A DNA stretch of 28,697 nt from a virus (Duplodnaviria; Caudoviricetes): the IMG/VR virus record IMGVR_UViG_3300030492_000013, positions 1-28,697 of that record; one strand, 5' to 3'. Position 1 is the stretch's first letter, and every line of letters starts with the position of its first letter. Shown here piece after piece: positions 9,317 through 17,673 of the stretch. The translations under genes were made by a program, and so were the position numbers. Below the pieces are notes generated by a model. The model was given only the letters and a program-made list of their open reading frames with translations, searched no databases and was not told where the DNA came from.

Positions 9317-12264
9317 GCGGCGGCAGCACGATCAGCACCAGTGAAACGCGCATCGAGGCGCTGAACATCCAGAGTTCGGCCTATGGGGTCACTGTGCCGC
9401 TGGTGTATGGCTCCAATAGGCTCAGTGGCAACATGATCTGGTACGGTGATTTCAAGGCCACAGCCCACACCAGCACCACTTCCAGCGGGGGCAAAGGCGG
9501 TGGCGGCGGTGTGACTCAGCAAAGCACCACCTACACCTATTCGGCTTCGGTGATCATGGGCATCTGCGAGGGGACTATCAAGGCCATCCCTCGCATCTGG
9601 AAAGATAAGCAGCTTATTGCGGACGGCGCCACAACGGCCTTGTCGCAGTTGAGCATGTCGCTGGCCACTGGGGCGCTTGGGCAAGGCACCTGGCCTTACC
9701 TGACCAGCTTCACGCCAGCCGGTGGCGCGCCTGGCAGCCAAGCCTTGGGGTACAGTGGCCTAGCCTATGTATATGCCCGCGACTATGCGCTAGGCAGCGG
9801 CGCATCGGTGGTCAACCACTCTTTTGAGGTGTGCGGGCAGTTGTACGGCAGTGTCCCTGGCCGCCCAGACGCCAACACCGCGCTGGTGGCGGCTGATGTA
9901 TTGACCAACGTGCGCTATGGTGCGTCGTTCCCGGTGGGCCAGCTTGTCACTGCCGATTGGTCAAACTACGTTCTGGCGGCAGGCCTGCTGACATCACCCG
10001 TGCTGGCTGAGCAGATCCAGGCCGGTGAGTTTCTGACAAAGATCTGTGCACTGACCAATACTGCGCCGGTGTGGTCAGGCGGCAAGCTCAAGATGGTTCC
10101 GTACGGCGACACAGCTATCAGTGGCAATGGCGCGACCTACACACCCAATGTCACGCCGCTGTTTGATCTGACAGATGACGACTTTTGCCCCGCCACCGAT
10201 GGCGACCCGATCCGCGTCACGCGCAAGTCGCAGGCGGATGCCTATAACCACATCCGCATCGAATTCGTTAACCGGGCAAATTACTACAACGTTGAAATTG
10301 CCGAGGCCAAGGACAGTGCCAGCATTGACGCCTATGGCCTGCGCTCGGCTGACGTGCTCGCGGCGCACTGGATTTGTGATGTGGCCGTTGCCCGCACCAT
10401 GGCGCAAATACTGTTGCAGCGCGCCATGTATGTGCGCAACACCTATGAATTTGAGTTGCCCTGGACGCGGGCCATGCTGGAGCCGATGGACCTGGTGACG
10501 CTGACGGACAGTGCGCTAGGCTTCGACAAGTTGGCGGTACGTGTCACCGAGGTGGGCGAGTCCGAGGCCGGTGACCTGTCTATCGTGGCCGAAGACTTTG
10601 CAGTGGGGGTGGCTCACGCGGCCACCTACTCCAGCCAAGGCGGCGCTGGCTTCCAACACAACTACAACGCTGCCCCGGGCCCGGTCTTGCCGCCCATGTT
10701 TTTTGAAGCACCGGTCGGGCGCACGACGACGGGGCTTGAGGTTTACGCGGCGGTGTGTGGCATTGATCCCAATTGGGGCGGCTGCAGGGTGTGGACGTCA
10801 CTTGACGGTGTTCAGTACAAAGACAGCGGCATGATCTACGGTGGTGCTCGCTACGGTAAGTTGACTGGCCCTATTGCTGCAGGTGCTGTGCCTGTTTTGC
10901 TAAATGGCGGGCAAATGCTCAGTGGCAGTGAGACCGACAGCGTGAACCTGGCTACCTTGTGCTACATCGGTGGCGACAACCCTGAATACTTGGCACACGG
11001 CACTGCAACGCTGACCGGGGTGCTGGCCTATACGCTCACCGGCCTGACCCGATCGGCTTTTGGCACCAGCGGGGCCACGCACAGTTCAGGCGATGCTTTT
11101 GCCCGTGTGGATGATGCACTGGCGAAGTCGGGATCGCTGGATCTGAGCATGATCGGGCAGACGATCTATTTCAAGTTCACCAGCTTCAACATATATAAGG
11201 TTGCCGAAGAAGACCTGTCCACAGTAGTCGCTTATCCCTATGTGATCGCTGGCAGTATGGCTGGCTTGCCCCCACCGCCGTTTGATGAGTTTTTGGTGTT
11301 GAGTCAACCAGATGGCACGCGGCAATACAACTTCTCGTATGCCACGGCGGCGCCACCAGACTGGCTTGGTGCCGAAATCAGGTATGTTGGCGGTACGGTC
11401 GCAAATCCTGACTGGTCAAGCATGACGCCGTTGCAGGACACAGCCACCTACTACACCGCGAGCCCAGTGGAGCTAAATGCACCGTTAGCTGGGGACTACA
11501 CGTTTGCGTGCAAATCACTGGACCGCTTGGGCAACGAATCGACGTACAAGGTGGTCAACATCACCCTGCCATCGCGCCGCCTGGGTAATGTTTTTGATGA
11601 GTTCTTTGAACATACTGATGGATGGCTGGGCGTCAAGTCAGGCTGCCATATTGAGAAAACGGCGTTGGTGGCCAACGACAGCACCACCTGGTCTACGCTG
11701 CCCAGCACGTGGGACGCGTGGACCCGCTGGATCATGGCGCCCGCCAGCCCCATCGTTTACACGGCGCCGGTGCGTGACTTCGGTACGGTGATCGCGGGGC
11801 AAGTGGACGGCGTCATCGATGCAGATGGCTCGGTGACTCAAGAGCTGGCCACCAGTGCAGACGGCACCACCTGGAGTGCGTGGGGTAGTGCATCAGCAGC
11901 ATTCAGCAGCCGGTACCTCAAAGTCCGGCTGACGGTTGCTGCTACCACTGCCGCGCCGGTGCCCGCTGTGCGCCAGTGGTCGTACCAAATCATCGCGCCG
12001 ATGAAAAACGAGTACCTCAACGACATTGTTCTAAGCAGCTTGACCGGCGCCTACCGAATCGGTGTGGGCGACATCCGCGTCCCGCTTGCTGGCAGCTACA
12101 CGGTGCTCAAGCGCACCACAGTGGTGATTCAAGACGGCAGCGTGGGCACATGGACCTATGCCCGCATAGACCAATCTTTGTCACCTGCACCCCGCTGGCA
12201 GTTCCGGCTCAACGGCGTGCTGGCCGACCCCGCTTTTGTTGATTTTTTTATTGAAGGGTATTGA
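9313..12264 (+). CDS. Tail tip / host specificity protein (J-like)
   Basis: About 983 aa with SSAYG..VPLVYG..RLSGNMIW, SGGKGGGG, YSGLAYV and LEPMDLVTLTD motifs and a beta-rich C-terminal extension. Confidence 0.85.
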   Translation: MSGGSTISTSETRIEALNIQSSAYGVTVPLVYGSNRLSGNMIWYGDFKATAHTSTTSSGGKGGGGGVTQQSTTYTYSASVIMGICEGTIKAIPRIWKDKQLIADGATTALSQLSMSLATGALGQGTWPYLTSFTPAGGAPGSQALGYSGLAYVYARDYALGSGASVVNHSFEVCGQLYGSVPGRPDANTALVAADVLTNVRYGASFPVGQLVTADWSNYVLAAGLLTSPVLAEQIQAGEFLTKICALTNTAPVWSGGKLKMVPYGDTAISGNGATYTPNVTPLFDLTDDDFCPATDGDPIRVTRKSQADAYNHIRIEFVNRANYYNVEIAEAKDSASIDAYGLRSADVLAAHWICDVAVARTMAQILLQRAMYVRNTYEFELPWTRAMLEPMDLVTLTDSALGFDKLAVRVTEVGESEAGDLSIVAEDFAVGVAHAATYSSQGGAGFQHNYNAAPGPVLPPMFFEAPVGRTTTGLEVYAAVCGIDPNWGGCRVWTSLDGVQYKDSGMIYGGARYGKLTGPIAAGAVPVLLNGGQMLSGSETDSVNLATLCYIGGDNPEYLAHGTATLTGVLAYTLTGLTRSAFGTSGATHSSGDAFARVDDALAKSGSLDLSMIGQTIYFKFTSFNIYKVAEEDLSTVVAYPYVIAGSMAGLPPPPFDEFLVLSQPDGTRQYNFSYATAAPPDWLGAEIRYVGGTVANPDWSSMTPLQDTATYYTASPVELNAPLAGDYTFACKSLDRLGNESTYKVVNITLPSRRLGNVFDEFFEHTDGWLGVKSGCHIEKTALVANDSTTWSTLPSTWDAWTRWIMAPASPIVYTAPVRDFGTVIAGQVDGVIDADGSVTQELATSADGTTWSAWGSASAAFSSRYLKVRLTVAATTAAPVPAVRQWSYQIIAPMKNEYLNDIVLSSLTGAYRIGVGDIRVPLAGSYTVLKRTTVVIQDGSVGTWTYARIDQSLSPAPRWQFRLNGVLADPAFVDFFIEGY

Positions 12265-12266
12265 TC

Positions 12267-13202
12267 ATGACCTGGCCATCAAGCAATGTAAACACCACCA
12301 ACGCCGACGCAGGCACCGACAGCCCGGCGCTATTTAGGGCTGATGTTTTAGACCTTTTGACGAAGTTCAATTTGCTGCGCGCCCACGTATCAACGCTTGG
12401 TCAAACATTTCTTGCGCGGGCCACAGCCGCTTTGATGCGGGCGGATATTGGCGCGGCTGTGTCTGGGTCGAATGGCGACATCACCAGCCTGTCAGCAGTA
12501 ACCACTATTGGTGGCAATCCTGCGTTTACCGGGCTGCCCACGACTACTACCCCGTCAGCCACAGACAACTCGTCTCGAATTGCAAGCACACAAATGGTTC
12601 AGTCAGTTGGGCTGCACAGTGCGGGGTACACGGCGTTTACCGCGTCAGCAACTTTAACCACTGCTGACTTTGGCCGCGCTTGTTATTACGCAAGTGCTTC
12701 CGCAGGAACTTTAACGCTGCCGAACAATCCGCCCGCTGGCATCGTTATTACTGTTGTGAATTTATCTACCGTCGTTTGTACGTTAGCCCGCAGTGGCGGG
12801 GCCACAATTTGCGGGCCTTTTACAAGCTATGCGACAACTATCGACTTGTGGCAGGGGGACTCCCTGGAACTTTGTTTTGACGGGACAAACTGGCAGACCA
12901 TTGCCAGCTCGGGTTTTATACAAGGGTGGAATCCCCCCGTGTTTTATGCTGCACCAGACAGGAAGGTGGACGGCACCGTCTATACAAACTCCGCTCGCCG
13001 TGAAAGGTTTGTGAAAGTTGTTGTCACCCTGGCTGCTGGACAGGCCGCAAGCATGACGGTTGATGGTGGAGTGATTGATCGTGTCGGAAACAACAGTCCT
13101 AGTGCGACCCCTCTCTGCCTCAGCTACCCGGTACCCGCTGGTCGGACCTATTCGATCACAGCGGGCGGCACTCCTGGTGTGATATGGACGGAGAAATCTT
13201 AA
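12267..13202 (+). CDS. Putative tail fibre / receptor-binding protein
   Basis: About 311 aa, Thr/Ser/Gly-rich (SGSNGDITSLS, PTTTTP..TDNSSRIAST, TLTLP); visibly lower GC than neighbours; follows the tail tip gene. Confidence 0.7.
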   Translation: MTWPSSNVNTTNADAGTDSPALFRADVLDLLTKFNLLRAHVSTLGQTFLARATAALMRADIGAAVSGSNGDITSLSAVTTIGGNPAFTGLPTTTTPSATDNSSRIASTQMVQSVGLHSAGYTAFTASATLTTADFGRACYYASASAGTLTLPNNPPAGIVITVVNLSTVVCTLARSGGATICGPFTSYATTIDLWQGDSLELCFDGTNWQTIASSGFIQGWNPPVFYAAPDRKVDGTVYTNSARRERFVKVVVTLAAGQAASMTVDGGVIDRVGNNSPSATPLCLSYPVPAGRTYSITAGGTPGVIWTEKS

Positions 13203-13579
13203 TGAAATATTACTTAGACCCAGCCACGCAGACTCGCTACGCATTTGAAGGTGATGGATCACAAGATGACTTCATCGATAAAAAACTTGTTCCTATAACC
13301 GAAGCGCAGGCCGATGCCATGTACGCAGCAGAGGTGGCTGCTGAGCCAGTGGTCAAACCGTTTGAATTTTTTTTAAGCATGTGTAGCGAATCTGAGCAGA
13401 TCGGATTGGTGACGGCCGCGATGTCAGTGCCAGTGGTCAAACTTTGGTACGACCGCATGCTAGCCAGTGGCTGCGTCACGATCACGGATAGGCGCGCTGT
13501 AGCTGGCCTGGATGCGCTGGTGTCTGCCGGGCTGCTGACGGCAGAGCGCAAGCAGACGATTTTTACGGCAATGAGCTAA
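13202..13579 (+). CDS. Putative tail fibre assembly/accessory protein
   Basis: Start ATG 13202 overlaps the fibre stop; MKYY...YAFE.DGSQD.FI motif typical of genes after fibres. Confidence 0.55.
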   Translation: MKYYLDPATQTRYAFEGDGSQDDFIDKKLVPITEAQADAMYAAEVAAEPVVKPFEFFLSMCSESEQIGLVTAAMSVPVVKLWYDRMLASGCVTITDRRAVAGLDALVSAGLLTAERKQTIFTAMS

Positions 13580-13644
13580 GACTAGCTTGCACGTCACCCA
13601 AGCTGCTTTGGGGTGGTTTTACATCTAACAATTTTGGAAACGAT

Positions 13645-14052
13645 ATGCCCGAACCTACATCCACCTGCGCCGCTGGCGTAACCTACGCAGCCGCCGGGGT
13701 CTGCGTGCCCATGCTGTCAGCATTTGGCGTGCCCCTTGGCCTGCGGGCAGACGTGCTGATCGCTGGCTTTTGTGGCAGCCTGGTGGCCATCATCCTGCTC
13801 AACACTGTGCCCGCCTCGGGCGACACCTGGCAGCACCTGATTCGCACCACGGCCAAACGCATTTTTGTGGCGCTGGCCAGCAGCATCACCGCTGGTTACC
13901 TAACCCCGCTGGCCCTGCTGATGTGGAGCCTGCCAGACAGCATGTTTTTGGGTGCGGCCTTTGGGGTGGGTGGCGGTGCGCAGCGCGTGCTGCTGCAGCT
14001 CATTGCCCGCTTTGGCACACCAGCCGCCAAGGCTGGGGAGGGCGCACCATGA
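13645..14052 (+). CDS. Putative holin-like membrane protein
   Basis: 135 aa with several hydrophobic segments, at the start of the lysis cassette. Confidence 0.55.
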   Translation: MPEPTSTCAAGVTYAAAGVCVPMLSAFGVPLGLRADVLIAGFCGSLVAIILLNTVPASGDTWQHLIRTTAKRIFVALASSITAGYLTPLALLMWSLPDSMFLGAAFGVGGGAQRVLLQLIARFGTPAAKAGEGAP

Positions 14053-14348
14053 GCACCGGTTTGCTGATCTTGCACTGGCTGGCCGGGCTGGTCATCCTGG
14101 CCGAGGCGCTTAATAAGGTGGAGCGCACCGCGCCCTGCGCTCCAGGCCTCACACCCCATGCCCGGCTGGTAGCCAGTCTCAAAGCGCTGGCCTGGGCGTT
14201 GCTGGCCATCGGTGGTGCGTTGGCGGTGTTTGCGCCACTGTTTTTCGCCCTGCAAGCCACCAGCGCCAAGCCGCCCAGCCTGTCAGAGACCGCCATAGCG
14301 GCGGGCTTTGCGGTGCTGATCGTCCGAACCCGCGTCAAAGAAGGTTGA
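14049..14348 (+). CDS. Second holin/antiholin-like membrane protein
   Basis: ATG 14049 (MSTGLLILHW...), 99 aa, about three hydrophobic segments and a basic C-terminus; ATGA overlap. Confidence 0.55.
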   Translation: MSTGLLILHWLAGLVILAEALNKVERTAPCAPGLTPHARLVASLKALAWALLAIGGALAVFAPLFFALQATSAKPPSLSETAIAAGFAVLIVRTRVKEG

Positions 14349-14350
14349 TC

Positions 14351-14965
14351 ATGATCAGAGACACCAGCCAATGGCTCAATAGCCTGCTGCACTGTCAAGT
14401 GCGCATCTCCGTGGCCAGCGCTTGGGCACCCGTATTTGCCCGCCAAGTGGGTGAGCACACGTTCAGCCAGGGAGACGCTGAGATTGACGACTTCTTGGGC
14501 CAAATCCTGCATGAAAGCAACGGCCTGACCGAGTTCACTGAAAACCTGAACTACAGCGCCGCCCGGCTGTGCCAAGTGTGGCCCAAGCGCTTCCCCACGC
14601 TGGCCGATGCCCGGCCTTATGCCAACAACCCAGAGGCGCTGGCCAACCGGGTGTACGGCGGGCGCATGGGCAACACCCAGCCGGGCGATGGGTGGCGCTA
14701 CCGTGGACGCACGCCGATACAGATTACCGGCAAGGTCAACTACCGTTTGATGAGTGATCTGATGGGCATCGACCTGGTGCGCCAGCCTGAGCTGCTGGAG
14801 CAACCAGACTACGCCCTCAAAGCCGCCATTTTGTGGTGGGAGGCAACAATTCCAGACAGCCTCATTGGCGACCCTGAAAAGATCACCGAGCGCGTCAACG
14901 GCGGCCTGATCGGCCTGACCGACCGCGAGCACCGCGCCGACCTGGCGCAGGCGGCACTGGCATGA
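14351..14965 (+). CDS. Glycoside hydrolase family 19 endolysin
   Basis: FLGQILHES..L...ENLNYS, ANRVYGGRMGN, GDGWRYRGR..IQITGK.NY and T.RVNGG..GL.DR motifs. Confidence 0.9.
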   Translation: MIRDTSQWLNSLLHCQVRISVASAWAPVFARQVGEHTFSQGDAEIDDFLGQILHESNGLTEFTENLNYSAARLCQVWPKRFPTLADARPYANNPEALANRVYGGRMGNTQPGDGWRYRGRTPIQITGKVNYRLMSDLMGIDLVRQPELLEQPDYALKAAILWWEATIPDSLIGDPEKITERVNGGLIGLTDREHRADLAQAALA

Positions 14966-15270
14966 GCACTGGAGTCATCATGCACAACCCGGACGGCACC
15001 TACATCCTGTTTCGCTGCCCGGCCTGCCAGCAAGCGCACAAAGTACAAATTGAGGGGCAGGGCGCTTGGGGCTGGAATGGCGACGTCACCAAGCCCACCT
15101 TCACGCCTTCGGTGCTGGTCAGCTACGACGGCGCAGACGCTGGCCAAGATGGTGCCCCACCCAAAACCTGCCACAGCTTTGTCACCGATGGCCGCATCCA
15201 GTTCCTGGGCGACTGCACCCACGCGCTGGCTGGCCAGACGGTAGACCTACCACCTTGGGGCGCATCATGA
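14962..15270 (+). CDS. Small Cys/His protein, DUF6527-like
   Basis: 102 aa: CPAC...H, W.WNG....PTFTPSVL, CHSFVTDGRIQFLGDCTH. Confidence 0.6.
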   Translation: MSTGVIMHNPDGTYILFRCPACQQAHKVQIEGQGAWGWNGDVTKPTFTPSVLVSYDGADAGQDGAPPKTCHSFVTDGRIQFLGDCTHALAGQTVDLPPWGAS

Positions 15271-15767
15271 ACCTGGCCACCCTTAACCCCCGCGTGTGGC
15301 TGGAGCTTGCCGCCGTTGCTATCTTGGCTACTGCGGGTTGGTATGGCTACAACTGGATCTACGACCGTGGCGCCGCCAGCGTGCAAGCCCGCTGGGATGC
15401 TGAGACAAAAGACGAGGCGATACAAAGCGCCAAAGTGGCCGTCGCCGCGCTGACCACCACCCAGACTTTGATCACCGATTTTGCAAGCCAAAGGAGCACC
15501 ACCAATGCGCAAATTTCTAGCCTTAACAACACTGTGGCTGCTGCTGTTGCAGGGCTGCGCAACCGCCCCGCGCGTGATAGTGCAGGCGGTGTGCCCAGCA
15601 ATCCCGCCACTGGATCAGCCCTCGGCGCAACAGGAGCCGACCTTCTCAGGCAGGATTCAGAGTTTCTTGTTGGGGAGGGTGCCAGAGCCGACAAATTACG
15701 ACTACAGCTTATCGAGTGCCAAGGCAAATACAACACCGTCTATGACGCCTTGAACCCTAAACATTAG
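15267..15767 (+). CDS. Rz-like inner-membrane spanin
   Basis: ATG 15267; N-terminal TM segment, helical periplasmic part, C-terminal RAD.LR..L..CQ..Y motif. Confidence 0.75.
   Translation: MNLATLNPRVWLELAAVAILATAGWYGYNWIYDRGAASVQARWDAETKDEAIQSAKVAVAALTTTQTLITDFASQRSTTNAQISSLNNTVAAAVAGLRNRPARDSAGGVPSNPATGSALGATGADLLRQDSEFLVGEGARADKLRLQLIECQGKYNTVYDALNPKH
15505..15753 (+). CDS. Rz1-like outer-membrane lipoprotein spanin, embedded in Rz
   Basis: +1 frame inside Rz: MRKFLALTTLWLLLLQGC (signal peptide with LQGC lipobox), then Pro-rich CPAIPPL. Confidence 0.8.
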   Translation: MRKFLALTTLWLLLLQGCATAPRVIVQAVCPAIPPLDQPSAQQEPTFSGRIQSFLLGRVPEPTNYDYSLSSAKANTTPSMTP

Positions 15768-15809
15768 GGTAAACCCCTAGAAAATATTTTCAAAAAAATC
15801 AAAAAAGGC

Positions 15810-15837
15810 TTGCATATACTCACAATGAGTATATCAT
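15810..15837 (+). promoter_or_regulatory. Sigma70-like promoter with overlapping palindromic operator
   Basis: TTGCAT (15810-15815), 16 nt, TATCAT (15832-15837); upstream A-tracts; perfect inverted repeat ATATACTCA-caa-TGAGTATAT at 15814-15834. Confidence 0.65.
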
Positions 15838-15910
15838 TTGACCCATGGACAGGCAATAAAGCAAGTCCACCGACACCAACCGGCAGTTGGCTCCTTAAGA
15901 GGAATCCAAA

Positions 15911-16150
15911 ATGTTTATTAGCAACGTCCACGGTCAAGAAGTCATCAACAGCAAGGCCGCCTCCATCGCTTGCACAGCTGGCCTGTGCGGCTCTGGCTGG
16001 GGTGCAAAACCCGGTTTGACTGGCAACACCTTCGGCATCAAAGAACAACTCAAAGCAGCTGGTGCCCGCTGGGACGGCCTGAACAAAGCTTGGGCATTTG
16101 CTGACTGGGCAGCGCTTGAAGCTGCCCTCGATGCCATCATTGCAGCCTAA
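15911..16150 (+). CDS. Hypothetical protein, first gene of accessory operon
   Basis: 79 aa, strong AGAGGA RBS, GNTF.IKEQLKAAGARWD...KAW motif. Confidence 0.7.
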   Translation: MFISNVHGQEVINSKAASIACTAGLCGSGWGAKPGLTGNTFGIKEQLKAAGARWDGLNKAWAFADWAALEAALDAIIAA

Positions 16151-16188
16151 ACCAACCCGCCCGCCACGGCGGGCATTTGGAGCAAATC

Positions 16189-16470
16189 ATGCGCAAACCC
16201 CAAGTACAAAAAGCCTTTGAGTCATTTTGTGGTGGCTACCTGATCCCCAACAAAACGCCCGCTATCTACGGCGGCGCCAAGTGCCCGCAAGTGCACTTCG
16301 AGATTGCAGGCATACAGCTCACCTACCTGGCGCTGAAAAACCAAGTCGTCAAACCCCAGACCCTTGCCCCGCTGGTGTTTGACGATGCCCGGGCGGTGCT
16401 GGATTACGCCAAAAAAATGGAAGCCATGAAGATGAACGACCCACTTTACCGAGGCACCCGCCATGACTAA
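16189..16470 (+). CDS. Hypothetical protein
   Basis: GGAG RBS upstream of ATG 16189; 93 aa; overlaps the next gene. Confidence 0.6.
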   Translation: MRKPQVQKAFESFCGGYLIPNKTPAIYGGAKCPQVHFEIAGIQLTYLALKNQVVKPQTLAPLVFDDARAVLDYAKKMEAMKMNDPLYRGTRHD

Positions 16471-16717
16471 CAAAAATTTCGGCTGGCACAAAGCCTGGCG
16501 CCGCGACGAGCAAGGCCACCTAGTGCACACATCAGGCCTGCGCTTCTTGGTGACGCACGGCGCAGGTTTCGTAGACTTGGAAACCGACGACGCCAGCATG
16601 GCCATCTTCCAAGCGCGAGAAACCTCGCGGGGCGTTCCGGTGCACCAACTTGTCGAGCGCGTGCAGCGCCTGACCAAAGAGGCTCAGATGTTTATCGCAA
16701 AAAATAAATCATCATGA
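16463..16717 (+). CDS. Hypothetical protein
   Basis: 84 aa, GAGG RBS, overlaps both neighbours. Confidence 0.6.
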   Translation: MTNKNFGWHKAWRRDEQGHLVHTSGLRFLVTHGAGFVDLETDDASMAIFQARETSRGVPVHQLVERVQRLTKEAQMFIAKNKSS

Positions 16718-17259
16718 CAAAATACAAAAATGTGTCTTGGACGCCAGAAATTCTGGCTCAACTCGGCAAGGTTCCTGATAAAAAAATTGGCGAAATGCTA
16801 GGGGTAGACGAAACCTATGTCTACCGCTACCGGAAAAAAAACGGGATCAAGACTGCCGTTTATAAAATTGGTGGCACGCCAGAAATTAAAGAGCAAATCT
16901 GCGCTCAACTTGGAAAAGTGTCTGATGCCGATTTAGCCAGGTCGTTGGGTGTGTCTGTGCGATCTGTCCGCACGTTGCGGCAAAAGCAAAAGATTCCCGC
17001 TCATAAAAAGTATCTGGCATCGGTTTTGGCAGACCCTCAAGCTTTAATAGTGCCTGTTGCATCGCCAGCAGAAATTAAGCAGGCTAGGCTGGATGCAAAT
17101 CTTACGTTGCGGGAAGCTGCTACGTTGGCAGGATCTCCGAACGGCGCGCGGGCTTGGCTGCACTATGAGTCATCTACTAGGCAGATGGGTGTTGAGCGCT
17201 GGTCTTTGTTTCTGCTGGCAACAAACCAGCATCCACACTATCAACTGTACAAAAAATAA
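16714..17259 (+). CDS. Multi-HTH DNA-binding protein (two tandem HTH-like repeats plus XRE-like HTH)
   Basis: Repeated TPEI..QLGKV.D.....LGV....V...R.K..I unit, then IKQARLDANLTLREAATLAG...AWLHYES. Confidence 0.65.
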   Translation: MTKYKNVSWTPEILAQLGKVPDKKIGEMLGVDETYVYRYRKKNGIKTAVYKIGGTPEIKEQICAQLGKVSDADLARSLGVSVRSVRTLRQKQKIPAHKKYLASVLADPQALIVPVASPAEIKQARLDANLTLREAATLAGSPNGARAWLHYESSTRQMGVERWSLFLLATNQHPHYQLYKK

Positions 17260-17279
17260 ATGTATCAGGAGCGCAACCC

Positions 17280-17525
17280 ATGACCCCCGCCGATCTGCAC
17301 GCCTGGCAGGCCCAAATGGGCCTGACCGCCCCCAAAGCCGCCGCCGCGCTGGGCGTGAGTTACTCTGGCACCTACCGTGATTGGCTGGCGGGCGTCAGCC
17401 GCAACACCGGCAAGCCGGTGCAAATCAGCCAGATCACCGCGCTGGCTTGTGCGGCGCTGGCCGCTGGTTTGGGGCCATGGTCATCGGCGCCCACAAACAG
17501 CAACCAAGCGCCGGGCGGGCGATGA
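17280..17525 (+). CDS. Small XRE/Cro-like HTH protein
   Basis: MTPADLHAWQAQMGLTAPKAAAALGVS...YRDW..G; AGGAG RBS. Confidence 0.7.
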   Translation: MTPADLHAWQAQMGLTAPKAAAALGVSYSGTYRDWLAGVSRNTGKPVQISQITALACAALAAGLGPWSSAPTNSNQAPGGR

Positions 17526-17673
17526 CAGGTACATATTTGGGGTGCTTGCACCGGCCATGGGTTGTGTAGCTGATCTGATCACCCACTTGGATAGGTAACC
17601 ACCCGCCCCAAGCCTGGCAGTCCTGACAGTGGCGGTTGTCTATATCTTTCAGATAGTCGCTGGTGTGGGTCAT
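17434..17673 (-). CDS. Small Cys-rich protein coupled to the recombinase
   Basis: 79 aa with CQDC...C.H...CC; ATGA overlap with the recombinase stop; 3' end overlaps the HTH gene in antisense. Confidence 0.45.
   Translation of the reverse strand: MTHTSDYLKDIDNRHCQDCQAWGGWLPIQVGDQISYTTHGRCKHPKYVPVIARPALGCCLWAPMTMAPNQRPAPHKPAR

Noticed and set aside
9313-13202. Tail tip or tail fibre as a DGR target
   Set aside because: By eye, neither 3' end resembles the TR (no AW.C.F..G.Q or GGAVAVR segment). A formal alignment should confirm this.
13595-13620. Possible terminator between the tail and lysis modules
   Set aside because: The stem is imperfect and the T-tract short, so support is too weak to call.
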